Of a stretch of DNA of 64,000 nucleotides, positions 9,091 through 17,693 are shown one piece after another. The notes under the pieces are model-generated. The model saw only the letters and a list, made by a program, of their open reading frames with translations. It did no database searches and had not been told where the DNA came from. The DNA comes from an uncultured Planctomycetota bacterium. Lineage in GTDB: Bacteria > Planctomycetota > Planctomycetia > Isosphaerales > Isosphaeraceae. Within the stretch, counting starts at the first letter, position 1; each line of letters opens with the position of its first letter. Location: contig CAWGMQ010000004.1 in assembly GCA_963823665.1 (NCBI GenBank), forward strand, positions 1,728,001-1,792,000. The letters run 5' to 3'. The translations under genes and the position numbers were made by a program.

Positions 9091-9159
9091 CTTGTATCCG
9101 GAGTGCCGCAGAAAGTGGCTCGCCTTCACGAAGGGCGGTGTCGGCGCTTCGGATACAAG
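9091..9159 (+). repeat. Terminal fold-back hairpin of the IS91-like element
   Basis: CTTGTATCCGGAGTGCCG (9091-9108) pairs with CGGCGCTTCGGATACAAG (9142-9159) with two G-T wobbles; inner hairpin CGCCTT..AAGGGCG. Confidence 0.9.
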
Positions 9160-9185
9160 GGATTGGACTGAACCGCGGGCAGGCG

Positions 9186-9207
9186 GGCGACTATGGAGAT
9201 TCAATCG
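9186..9207 (-). other. oriIS-like rolling-circle origin motif
   Basis: CGATTGAATCTCCATAG downstream of tnp resembles the recalled IS91/ISCR oriIS (TTGAACTTCCTATA). Confidence 0.45.
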
Positions 9208-9432
9208 CGGGCTTTCCAGCAGGTGAGCGCGTTGTCGGCCGGGAGCGGTGATTCGATCGCTGGAAAGCCGGTTGGTGTGCCGTAGCCGGTGCTCGATTTA
9301 GGCCCAACCTGGGCTTTCTTCAGGCCTATGGACACGAAATCCTGCTCGCCGAACAGGGAATCCACGGTCACCCTCGAAGGGCGGTGTTGACGATGGCGAG
9401 TCATCAGGTTGCTCCCGTCCATCTGGAAGGGT

Positions 9433-10668
9433 TTAGGAAGTATCAAATGCCACCGCCTCGGGTGTGGGACCGCAGTGAGGTCCTTCACTCGGGTCGGCCG
9501 GAAGCTCCCCGAGAATCGCGACGATGAACATATAGCCCTTGCCGCAAGCAGGGCAGACGTGCATCGCGTGTTCTCCTTCGGCAGCGACCTGCTCTTCTGG
9601 AGCCGGCTCAGGCGCCCCCGGTTCCAAGGAGGGCTCGGTCTCCTCGAGTAGCTCGCGACACAGTTCGAGATTCTCCCGGCACACCCGGTTAGCGAGGAAG
9701 CCATAATGCCGGATTCGGACGAATCCGGCGGGTAACACATGCAGGAGGAATCGGCGGATGAATTCGATCGCTTTGAGCGCCATCGTCTTCTGCTTTCCCT
9801 CGTGCGCGTAATCCTTCCAGTGGAACGTAACCTTGCCGTCCTCAACCGTGATCAGCCGGTGATTGCTGATCGCGACCCGGTGGGAGTACCGGGCCAGGTA
9901 TTTCAGCACCTGTTCCGGGCCACCAAAGGGAGGCTTGGCGTAGACAACCCATTCGGTCTTGGCACTGGCAGTGAGCCGGCGCTGAAACTCGGCCGGGTCG
10001 GCCAACGAAGCGAGCGTGCCGTGCAAGGAAAGCTTGCCCTGATCGAAGGCGAACTTAAGCAGAGCGAGAAACTTCCCCCGAAAGAGGCGGCTGAGGACAC
10101 GGACCGGTAGAAAGAAGCCGGGTTTGCAAGGGACCCATCGCGCGCGATCAGGCGACAGCCCGCCACCCGGCACAACGCAGTGGACGTGCGGGTGATGTTG
10201 CAGGTTCTGGCCCCAAGTGTGGAGGACGGCCAAGAAGCCGATCTCAGCCCCGAGGTGCTTCGGGTCGGCGGCGATCTGCTGCAAGGTCTCGGCGGCGCAT
10301 TTGAACAGGAGACCGTAGACCACCCGCTGATTCTGCAAGGCAATCGGGTCGAGCGCCGCCGGAAGCGTAAATACGACGTGATGATATTCGACCGGCAGCA
10401 ATTCCGCTTGCCGGGCCTCCATCCACTCCGCGGCGGCGGTTGCCTGGCACTTCGGACAGTGCCGATTGCGGCATGAGTTGTAGGCGATCTGCTGATGGCC
10501 GCATTGATCACATTCCTCGATGTGTCCGCCTAGGGCAGCAGTCCGACAAGCTGCGATGTCGCGCAGAGCGCGACGCTGCTCGGACGAGAGCGTGTCGCCA
10601 TATCGGTCGAGAAAAGCATCACCATAGTCGCGAACGACCTCGGCCACTTCGAGCCGAGGTCGGTTCAT
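9433..10668 (-). CDS. IS91-family transposase (Zn-binding + Y2 HUH domain)
   Basis: YNSCRNRHCPKC, HVVFTLP, LHTWG...HPHVHC (HUH), YLARY (Y2), RIRHYG. Confidence 0.95.
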   Translation of the reverse strand: MNRPRLEVAEVVRDYGDAFLDRYGDTLSSEQRRALRDIAACRTAALGGHIEECDQCGHQQIAYNSCRNRHCPKCQATAAAEWMEARQAELLPVEYHHVVFTLPAALDPIALQNQRVVYGLLFKCAAETLQQIAADPKHLGAEIGFLAVLHTWGQNLQHHPHVHCVVPGGGLSPDRARWVPCKPGFFLPVRVLSRLFRGKFLALLKFAFDQGKLSLHGTLASLADPAEFQRRLTASAKTEWVVYAKPPFGGPEQVLKYLARYSHRVAISNHRLITVEDGKVTFHWKDYAHEGKQKTMALKAIEFIRRFLLHVLPAGFVRIRHYGFLANRVCRENLELCRELLEETEPSLEPGAPEPAPEEQVAAEGEHAMHVCPACGKGYMFIVAILGELPADPSEGPHCGPTPEAVAFDTS

Positions 10669-11496
10669 GGCCGGGACTCACCGGGTAGGGGACCGATCCG
10701 GTCGAGGGGGCTGCGCGTTGCCTCGACAACGCCTGGCGACACGTGGGTATAAATGGCGGTTGTCTCGAGCTTGCGATGGCCGAGAAGCACCTGAATTGTC
10801 CGGAGGTTGGTGCCGGATTCGAGCAAATGGGTCGCGAAACTATGCCGCAGAGTATGCACCGTAACGTGCTTGCCCAAGCCGGCGTGTTGCGCGGCGCGGA
10901 CGCAGATTTTGTGCACGGCTTTTCCGGTGATGGGTTTGTCTGGGACGTCCCCGGGGAAAAGCCAGTCGGTCGGCCGAACGATTTTCCAGTATTCACGGAG
11001 CAGCGCGAGGAGACGAGGCGAGAGCATGACGTAGCGGTCCCGACGTCCTTTGGCTTGTCGGATGCGGATGACCATGCGCTTGCTGTCGAGGTCATCAACT
11101 CGAAGGCCGATGACCTCAGAGAGCCGTAAACCCGCGGTGCTTGATGTCGATCAGCCCTGCGAAGAACGTGGCGACTTCGTCTGAGCTGAGAACGACAGGG
11201 AGGCGCTTGGGTTGCTTTGGGAAGGGAATGCGATCCAGGGCATCCTTTCGACCGAGGGTGACCTCGTAAAGGAACCGCAACGCGGCGAGGGTCTGGTTGT
11301 AGACGCTCCAGGAGACCTTCTTCTCTTGAATGAGGTGGAGCAGGTAAGATCGAACCCCCTTTCTGCCGAGGTGCTCGGGCGACCGCCTGTAATGTCCTGC
11401 GAAGAATCTGACACGCGAAACGTAGGCGTTGATGGTCCGTGTTGAGAGATTCTTGAGCTTCATGTCCTCGATCATTTGGCGTCGTAGCGGTGTCAT
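10665..11496 (-). pseudogene. Tyrosine recombinase (N-terminal SAM-like domain) broken by a short internal deletion at ~11135
   Basis: N-half MTPLRRQMIEDMKL...KHR joins out of frame to AGLRLSEVIGL...KGRRDR...HTLRHSFATH...LLGH...TAIYTH; the usual short linker is missing. Confidence 0.85.
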
Positions 11497-11646
11497 GATG
11501 TGCTCCCGTGTTGAGGTAAAAAGGGGAAGCGTTTATCATGGCTAGGTAGAAGCGCTGAGCGTGTGCGTGTGTCACGCAACCGGGCGCCTGTGACGCGGCA
11601 AGCCGGGCTTGTGTGTTAAAGAATCAAGGACGCGGCGGACAGGCGA

Positions 11647-12086
11647 TGGGCAGCGAAGCGATCGTCCAAAACTTGATCGGTGTCTTCCCTCGAAGGATAG
11701 TGGAGGGTCCAGTAACCCCACATGATTGCCCTGAGTGTCTGGAGTTGCGCGGGCAACTCACCGGGACCACTTGGCCTGATGTCCCGCTGGAGTTCATTCG
11801 CGACCATCCTGACGTATTACCGCTGCTGTCGCCGGAAGCCTATCTGACCTTCCTACCCGCGTGGCTACACCAACGTGTCCTCGAGCCTGAGGGCGAAGTG
11901 GCTTCCATGCTCCTCGTGAACCTCGCATGTGATTCCGATCCGACAGGGTTTGCATTCGAGCAACGCGACGCCATCATCGAAGTGGCCCGATTCATCGTGC
12001 GGAACAACGGCTGGGGGCCGGAAGACCCTGAAAACGCGAAGTCCCTCGTCGCGATCGAACGGGCATGGGCGGACGTCATAGCCTAA
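11647..12086 (+). CDS. Hypothetical passenger protein (DUF6714-like)
   Basis: HDCPEC...WPDVP...LLSPEAYLTFLPAWL; lies between the recombinase and the right end of the element. Confidence 0.6.
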
Positions 12087-12210
12087 ACCCCGGGGCGGAG
12101 AATGCGCGAGTGTAACCGACGCATTTGGCGTGGACCCTGAGCGTGTGATCCCGACATACCGCTGATAGACCCGTAGCAGGAAGGCCAACGCTTCAAAGGT
12201 CTACCGCGCA

Positions 12211-12246
12211 GCGGTTTAGTCCAATGTCCTTTATTACCCGTTATCC
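12211..12246 (+). other. Right junction of the IS91-like element, dif-like site C
   Basis: GTTTAGTCCAA TGTCCT TTATTACCCGT; outer arm matches site A arm X (13/14). Confidence 0.7.
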
Positions 12247-12386
12247 GCAGGCTGGACTCAAATCGCGCTTTGCCTGTAACGGCTGATTTATAAATCACCG
12301 CTTACGATCTTGGTGTCACTTGACGGTGATTCGTTTCGCTTCCGAATTCATCGGGGGCCACCCATCCGGCATACCGAGGGCTCGAT

Positions 12387-12995
12387 TTACTCTGGCTGTG
12401 CCGGGACCGATGGGCTCGAGGCGGGCGTGACGGGTTCCAGGTCTAACAGCTCCGGATCATCAAGTACCGCCGCCGGTCTGTCCGCTTCCACTGCCTCGAT
12501 TAGGCGACCATCTTTTATTACCATCTGAACCGGTGGAGGGCTGCTCGGATAATACAACCTCGCGATCCGTGCGACCAAGGACATACTCAGCGCTGACACG
12601 ATGACCGCGACGCCAATCCAGCCCGCCCTCGCGACCATCCCTGGACGGTCACGCCTGTACCTCGATCTCAGCCCTGGGATGAATCGGATTGCCAGGTAGG
12701 TGGAGGCGTAGAGGCCGCTGGCCACCACCAAGATTAAGGCCGTCGCCGCTCGCCAGAGCATCTCCCGGGCAACGCGAGCATCGTCGCTTGCCGCAATTAG
12801 ACGCTGCTCCGCGACATCGTAGGCCCCAATGGCTCGCAGTTCGGGTACCTCCGCCAGCCAGCGGGGAGCGCGCGTGAAGAGGAAGATGGAGGTCTCCAGA
12901 AAGCGGATGCTCGTGTAGAAGTAGAAGGCCAACGCAATCGCAGCCACTGCGAGCATTAATTGTTGCGCGGTGAAACGGACGCGGGGCAGGCTCAT
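12387..12995 (-). CDS. Hypothetical membrane protein
   Basis: MSLPRVRFTAQQLMLAVAAIA N-terminus typical of Isosphaeraceae; three hydrophobic segments. Confidence 0.65.
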   Translation of the reverse strand: MSLPRVRFTAQQLMLAVAAIALAFYFYTSIRFLETSIFLFTRAPRWLAEVPELRAIGAYDVAEQRLIAASDDARVAREMLWRAATALILVVASGLYASTYLAIRFIPGLRSRYRRDRPGMVARAGWIGVAVIVSALSMSLVARIARLYYPSSPPPVQMVIKDGRLIEAVEADRPAAVLDDPELLDLEPVTPASSPSVPAQPE

Positions 12996-13122
12996 GAGTC
13001 GATCGACCTCTTGTGCTGGAGACGCTGCATTCGGCATGCTCGCATGTGCGGCTGATCTCTAGATGACCCGTTACACCACGGATTTGACGTAAGTTGTTAA
13101 TCGTCGTAGAAAGTTCCATTCC

Positions 13123-13971
13123 TCGGCGTTTAATCATCCGCCAGGCGTCGATGCGGTGCATAGGCCGGTCCGTTAAGCGACGGTGGCGGTCGATGGAGCG
13201 GAAGAGGGGGGTTTTCTTCTCTCCGGCAATGCCTGCTGCCGCGATGTAGGCATCCAGATAATCCTCGGCGTTGTGGTGGGCGGGCACCTCGTGCCGTTTG
13301 CCGCCTTTCTCGTGCAAGCGGAACCATGCCCGCCGGCCCTCGGTGTAATAATCCTCTACTTTCATGCCGAGGGCGGCGGTGACGCGGGCGAAGCTGAACA
13401 CCATTACGGCGATCAGTGCCCGGTCACGTAAGCCCACCAGGCTGGGCGGCCGGTTGTCTTCCTCGCCTTCTTTCGGCTCCGGGCCGATCTTGAGGGGGAT
13501 GCTGTCGAACAACTCTCTCGCCTCGTCGGCTTTGAGGACCGGGGTTTTGCCCTTCTTCACGACGTGCTTAGCGGCCCGCACGGCGGCGGCCGGGTTGGCG
13601 TCGATCACCTGCCCGGTAATCAGCCAGTCGAACAGCATCCGTAAGGACGCAAGGTGCTGCTTGACGGTTGGCGTGCTGGCCCGAGTTTCCTTGCCGGTCA
13701 GCGTAAGCTCGGCCAGGTAGGCTGATACGTGGTAGCTCTTGATGGCGGATAGGCTCAGGCCCTTGGCGTGCGACCAGGCGAAGAATCGCATGGTGTTGCG
13801 GTAATAGGCCGCCCGGGTGTTGGCGTTGGGGATAGTGTCGGTGAAGAAGGTGAAAAACCGCTCGGCGGCTTTGTCGCCCTGGTCGGCGATGACGGCGGGC
13901 AGGGTGAAGCTGCTCCGGTGATTGGTTAACGCTCGTTGATGATTGGACGCTCTTACCAGCTCCGTACCCAT
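13123..13971 (-). pseudogene. Tyrosine recombinase/integrase, 3'-truncated
   Basis: NTRAAY, KQHLASLRMLFDWL, RDRALI...FARV, HEKGGK; homology ends at WRMIKRR, before HxxR and the catalytic Tyr; the ORF continues into unrelated sequence. Confidence 0.85.
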
Positions 13972-13990
13972 GATCAGTAGCTCCCTCCAG

Positions 13991-14021
13991 TTGGCGTAAC
14001 ATAAGAATTTTTATGTCTCGC
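13991..14021 (-). other. dif-like site B upstream of the integrase, at the junction with VOC copy 2
   Basis: ACATAA-AAATTC-TTATGTTACGCCAA; spacer and outer arm are VOC coding sequence (cf. 16060-16071). Confidence 0.75.
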
Positions 14022-14353
14022 TGTTTCGAGGGTCAGAGATCATCAAGATTGAGCGATACGGACCTGGCGAGCATGGGGCGGAGGGGACCGTCAGGGTCGC
14101 TACCTTTACTCTCTTTGGACGAGAGTTCATGTGCATCGACTACCCGATCAAGCATGAGTCTACCTTTACGCCATCGATGTCTGCCTTTGACGAATGCGAG
14201 AGCGACGCGGAGATCGAAGATGTGTTCAGCCGGCTTTCGGTCGGTGGGCAAGGATTGATGCCGCTCGGCAATTATGGGTTCAGCACAAAATTCGGGTGGG
14301 TGAAGGACCGGTTTGGTCCGTCGTGGCAGCGTAACCTTTCGAGAACGCTGTAA
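14005..14353 (+). pseudogene. VOC/PhnB-like gene copy 2, 5'-truncated and frameshifted
   Basis: Aligns to 16060-16392 from codon ~20; ends NLSRTL*. Confidence 0.85.
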
Positions 14354-14434
14354 GCCCCGTGGATGTCACAGCAAGCGCCGGATGTCCGCGAATCGCGCCT
14401 CGCCAAAGTCCGCTAAGTTTGTGTTACTTGTGGT

Positions 14435-15565
14435 TTAGTGATTTCGAGTTTTGGAGGTTGCATCGCGCTTACCTTCGAGCAACTTGCGTGTTCGTTCCAA
14501 TTCGCTGGCCAGCGTTTCCTCGCTTGGCAGGGCTGTGAGATACTCTGCGGCGAGGATCGTGCTCGAGATGCCCTCCAGGGCGTAACGGGCGACGCCTGCG
14601 CGGTGCTCGGCGCAGAGGATCAGGCCAACCGGCGGATTCTCGTCGGTTCGGGTCCAATGATGGCGAGCGTAGTTGAGGTACAGGTTCATCTGACCGATAT
14701 CGCCGGCGGTGATGGCGGCGAGTTTTAGATCAATGAGGATCAGGCAGCGGAGTCGACGGTGAAAGAACACCAGGTCGATGCGGAACCACTCATCATCGAC
14801 GCGCAGCCGCTTTTGGCGGCCGACGAAGGTGAAATCATCGCCGAGCTCGAGCAGGAACGTTTCCAGATGGCGGATCAGCGCCTCTTCAAGCTCGTTCTCA
14901 GAATACTCGTCCTTCAGGTTGAGGAATTCCAGGACGAACGGGTCCTTGATCTCCTCCTCGGGCGTGAGAGTGTCTTCGGGCCGGGCTTTCTGCCCTTTGG
15001 TGAGCGTCGCAGCCTTGTTGCGGGATAACATGGTACGCTCGTAAAACTGTGTGCTGATCTGGCGGTCGAGTTGCCGCACGTTCCACCCGGCGCGCACGGC
15101 CTCTGTTTCATAGAATGAGCGTGCGTCGGGCTTTTTGACCGACATCAGGCGGACATAGTGAGACCAGGAAAGCAGAAAGTTTTTCCCCAGTTCGACCAGG
15201 GTCGTTTCGCCATACCCGGATTTTGCAGACGCTGTCTGCAGAATTCGCGGGTAGGCCAGGTAAAATTGACGCATCTGGTAGAGGTTCCGGTGGCCGAACC
15301 CGCGGCCGCACCGGCGAGTGAGGTCTTCGGACATGCGGGTGACCAGTTGCTCGCCATAGCCAGCACGATGCTTTCCGCGTTGCTCCTCCTCGACGATCCG
15401 ACGGCCGATTTCCCAGTAAGTGGCGGTCATGATGCTGTTGACGGAACGGGCCGCGGCGTGACGGGCCGACTCCAGGACTTGAATTACTCCGGCCAGAACA
15501 GCTTCATAGGTGTCGTCGCCGGTCTTCGCAGGCATGCGCTTAGGGCGGTTGCGTTTCTTTGCCAT
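14435..15565 (-). CDS. DUF1016/YhcG-family PDDEXK nuclease-domain protein
   Basis: YWEIGRRIVEEEQ, LSWSHY, IKDPFVLEFL, FLLELG..F.FVGRQ, IDLVFFHRRLRCLILIDLK, GQMNLY. Confidence 0.92.
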   Translation of the reverse strand: MAKKRNRPKRMPAKTGDDTYEAVLAGVIQVLESARHAAARSVNSIMTATYWEIGRRIVEEEQRGKHRAGYGEQLVTRMSEDLTRRCGRGFGHRNLYQMRQFYLAYPRILQTASAKSGYGETTLVELGKNFLLSWSHYVRLMSVKKPDARSFYETEAVRAGWNVRQLDRQISTQFYERTMLSRNKAATLTKGQKARPEDTLTPEEEIKDPFVLEFLNLKDEYSENELEEALIRHLETFLLELGDDFTFVGRQKRLRVDDEWFRIDLVFFHRRLRCLILIDLKLAAITAGDIGQMNLYLNYARHHWTRTDENPPVGLILCAEHRAGVARYALEGISSTILAAEYLTALPSEETLASELERTRKLLEGKRDATSKTRNH

Positions 15566-16003
15566 GCTTCCGTATAGCATGTTCGAGGCAGGGGGCAAAC
15601 CGGAATTCCCCGGGCGGATCAAGATTCGACCAGGCGGAGGCCGAGGAGTTCTTTCAACGAATCGCGGGAGGCGAGGACGTCGCGCGCGTCGGCGGTGAGC
15701 GAGAAGCGTTCGCGAAGCTGCTCGATCTAACGGTCGGTGACGGCGGGGGTGGCGATGATCAGATCAGAGTAGCCGGATTGCAAGTGCGTAGATGGTATGC
15801 AGGCTTTCCGTCGCCGAGGACACCGGAGGCGGTGGTGCGGAGCCTGCGGTGGAATTCGCGCTTCAGGCGGAACAGCATTTCCAGCCCAGGTTGCACGTAT
15901 CCCCGATGGCTGCGTTGCGTGGGCTCGATTGCTCCAATACGCTCGAGGGATTTACCGTTGTCCCGGCGAGCGGCCAAGTCAATCGAAGAGGAGTGGAATC
16001 ACG

Positions 16004-16504
16004 ATGGCACGCAGCGTTTCGACGCATCTCATGTTCGAGGGAGTTGCCGAAGAGGCGATGAATTTTTATGTCTCGCTGTTTCGAGGGTCAGAGATCATCA
16101 AGGTTGAGCGATATGGAGCTGGCGAGCATGGGGCGAAGGGGACCCTCAGGGTAGCGACCTTTACGCTCTGTGGGCGAGAGTTCATGTGCATCGACAGCCC
16201 GATCAAGCATGAGTTTACGTTTACGCCATCGATATCTATCTTTGTCGAATGCGAGAGCGACGCGGAAATCGAAGACGTGTTCGGCCGGCTTTCGGCCGGT
16301 GGGCAAGTATTGATGCCGCTTGACAATTACTGGTTCAGCACAAAATTCGGCTGGGTGAAGGATCGGTTTGGGCCATCGTGGCAGCTTAACCTTGCGGTGG
16401 TTCACCAGGCCGCCGCTCGAGAAACGCCCCACCAGGCCGCGACCAAGCCGATGAAAAGCAGGCCCGCGAAGGTCGCAACCGCGACTGACAAGACGGCGTT
16501 CTGA
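16004..16504 (+). CDS. VOC/PhnB (3-demethylubiquinone-9 3-methyltransferase-like) family protein, copy 3
   Basis: THLMFEG.AEEAMNFY, FTPSIS, LMPLDNY, FGWVKDRFG.SWQL; C-terminal read-through overlaps the convergent gene. Confidence 0.88.
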   Translation: MARSVSTHLMFEGVAEEAMNFYVSLFRGSEIIKVERYGAGEHGAKGTLRVATFTLCGREFMCIDSPIKHEFTFTPSISIFVECESDAEIEDVFGRLSAGGQVLMPLDNYWFSTKFGWVKDRFGPSWQLNLAVVHQAAARETPHQAATKPMKSRPAKVATATDKTAF

Positions 16505-16869
16505 GGTTCCAAAACGGCCTGCTCGGGGCGATTCGGGTGGTGATAGACGGTCACGGCCGAGCCGACGGGGTATCTCGCGACGGTCGCCTCGGCTCGGGCC
16601 CGTGAGCCGTTGTAGACATGGAAAGCGAAGTGCCGACTCTCCCGCAGCTCGCCGGCCGCGTAATACGTGAAGCGGATTCTTGGCGCGAATGACGCCCTGG
16701 GCAGTGAATCTCGCGACACCTCTTCGACGGCCGATTCAACGACCTTGCCTGTGCTCTGCGGCCAATGCCTCGCCTGAAGATGGTCGATCGCCGCTGTCAC
16801 CAGATAGGCGAAAACCAGGAAGACCACTCCGACTGCAGGGAGCCAGATGTTGAAATAATGAGAGAGCAT
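16402..16869 (-). CDS. DUF3592-like membrane protein
   Basis: TM - WPQSTGKVVES...YPVGSAVTVYHHPNRPEQAVLE - TM. Confidence 0.75.
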   Translation of the reverse strand: MLSHYFNIWLPAVGVVFLVFAYLVTAAIDHLQARHWPQSTGKVVESAVEEVSRDSLPRASFAPRIRFTYYAAGELRESRHFAFHVYNGSRARAEATVARYPVGSAVTVYHHPNRPEQAVLEPQNAVLSVAVATFAGLLFIGLVAAWWGVSRAAAW

Positions 16870-16896
16870 GGCGTCTCCAAGGCCTGGTTTCTTAGT

Positions 16897-17406
16897 TCAC
16901 GATCCGTGGTCAGCCAGACGCTTGATGTCTTTGACCAAGAGGTAAAGGTGGAGTGCGTCCGTTGGCGACGCGGTGAAGCCGAAATGCTCGTAGAATCGGC
17001 GGGCATTTTCGTCCTTCGCGTGGACCGCCAGGGCGCGGATACCGGCGATGCCGGCGGCCTGGACTGTCCGCAGCATCGCATCCTTGAGCAGACCCGCACC
17101 GATCCCTCGGCCTGGCGATCCGCTGCTGACCGCGAGCCGGGCCAGAAGCATGATTGGCACGGGATGGCGGGCCAGGCCTTTGGTCAGTCGGTCAGGCGCG
17201 TCGTCATAAGACACTTCGCCCACTGCCAGCGAGTAGAAGCCGACGACCGTCTCCCCGGAGAGTGCTACATAGGTCTGGGCAACGCCTGCACGAAGGTTGA
17301 CCAGGGCGAATCGCGAAAGGAAGCGGTTCAGCTCCTCCTGGCCGCAGTCGAATCCGGAAACAACGTGATCGGCCCGGAGCTTCTCGATCCGGAGTGGATC
17401 GGCCAT
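16897..17406 (-). CDS. GNAT acetyltransferase toxin (AtaT/TacT-like)
   Basis: FDCGQEELNRFL, VVGFYSL, LLARLAV...GRGIGAGLL, VHAKDENARRFYEHFGF. Confidence 0.9.
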   Translation of the reverse strand: MADPLRIEKLRADHVVSGFDCGQEELNRFLSRFALVNLRAGVAQTYVALSGETVVGFYSLAVGEVSYDDAPDRLTKGLARHPVPIMLLARLAVSSGSPGRGIGAGLLKDAMLRTVQAAGIAGIRALAVHAKDENARRFYEHFGFTASPTDALHLYLLVKDIKRLADHGS

Positions 17407-17408
17407 CG

Positions 17409-17693
17409 TCAATCGCCGCGCTCAAAGACGCTCCGTTCCTGGAGCAGGCGGCCGAGGCGGGGGATTGAACGGGGAGCGGCGTCGAGCGCGTCCATAAACG
17501 CCTTCCAGCGGTCGGCATCGAGGCCGAAACGCGTCCGGTCCGCCAGGGTTTCATCGGCGCGTACGAGGGCGCTCTCGAGCACGAATTCGCTCACCGTCCG
17601 GCCCGCTGACTCTGCGGCACTCTGAAGTTTCTGCTTGGCTTCCGGCGAAAGCCGGAGGTCAAGTTTGGCGGTCCGCGTCGATCGTTGCGGCAT
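17409..17693 (-). CDS. DUF1778 RHH antitoxin (AtaR/TacA-like)
   Basis: KLDLRLSPEAKQKLQSAA...TVSEFVLESA...WKAFMDALD. Confidence 0.9.
   Translation of the reverse strand: MPQRSTRTAKLDLRLSPEAKQKLQSAAESAGRTVSEFVLESALVRADETLADRTRFGLDADRWKAFMDALDAAPRSIPRLGRLLQERSVFERGD

Larger units (their letters stand above)
9091..12227 (-). mobile_element. IS91-like element: tyrosine recombinase + Y2 HUH transposase + passenger gene
   Basis: Gene pair; 15-bp inverted repeat 9162-9176 / 12211-12225 (14/15); end hairpin 9091-9159; flanks rejoin into an imperfect palindrome. Confidence 0.75.

Noticed and set aside
11610..12150. Integron cassette (GTTAAAG before and GCCTAAAC after the passenger ORF)
   Set aside because: No proper RYYYAAC...GTTRRRY attC hairpin, and neither recombinase shows the IntI-specific insertion.
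12649..13122. C-terminal part of the 440-aa integrase ORF
   Set aside because: Read-through into unrelated sequence that overlaps the 12387-12995 gene; no catalytic motifs.
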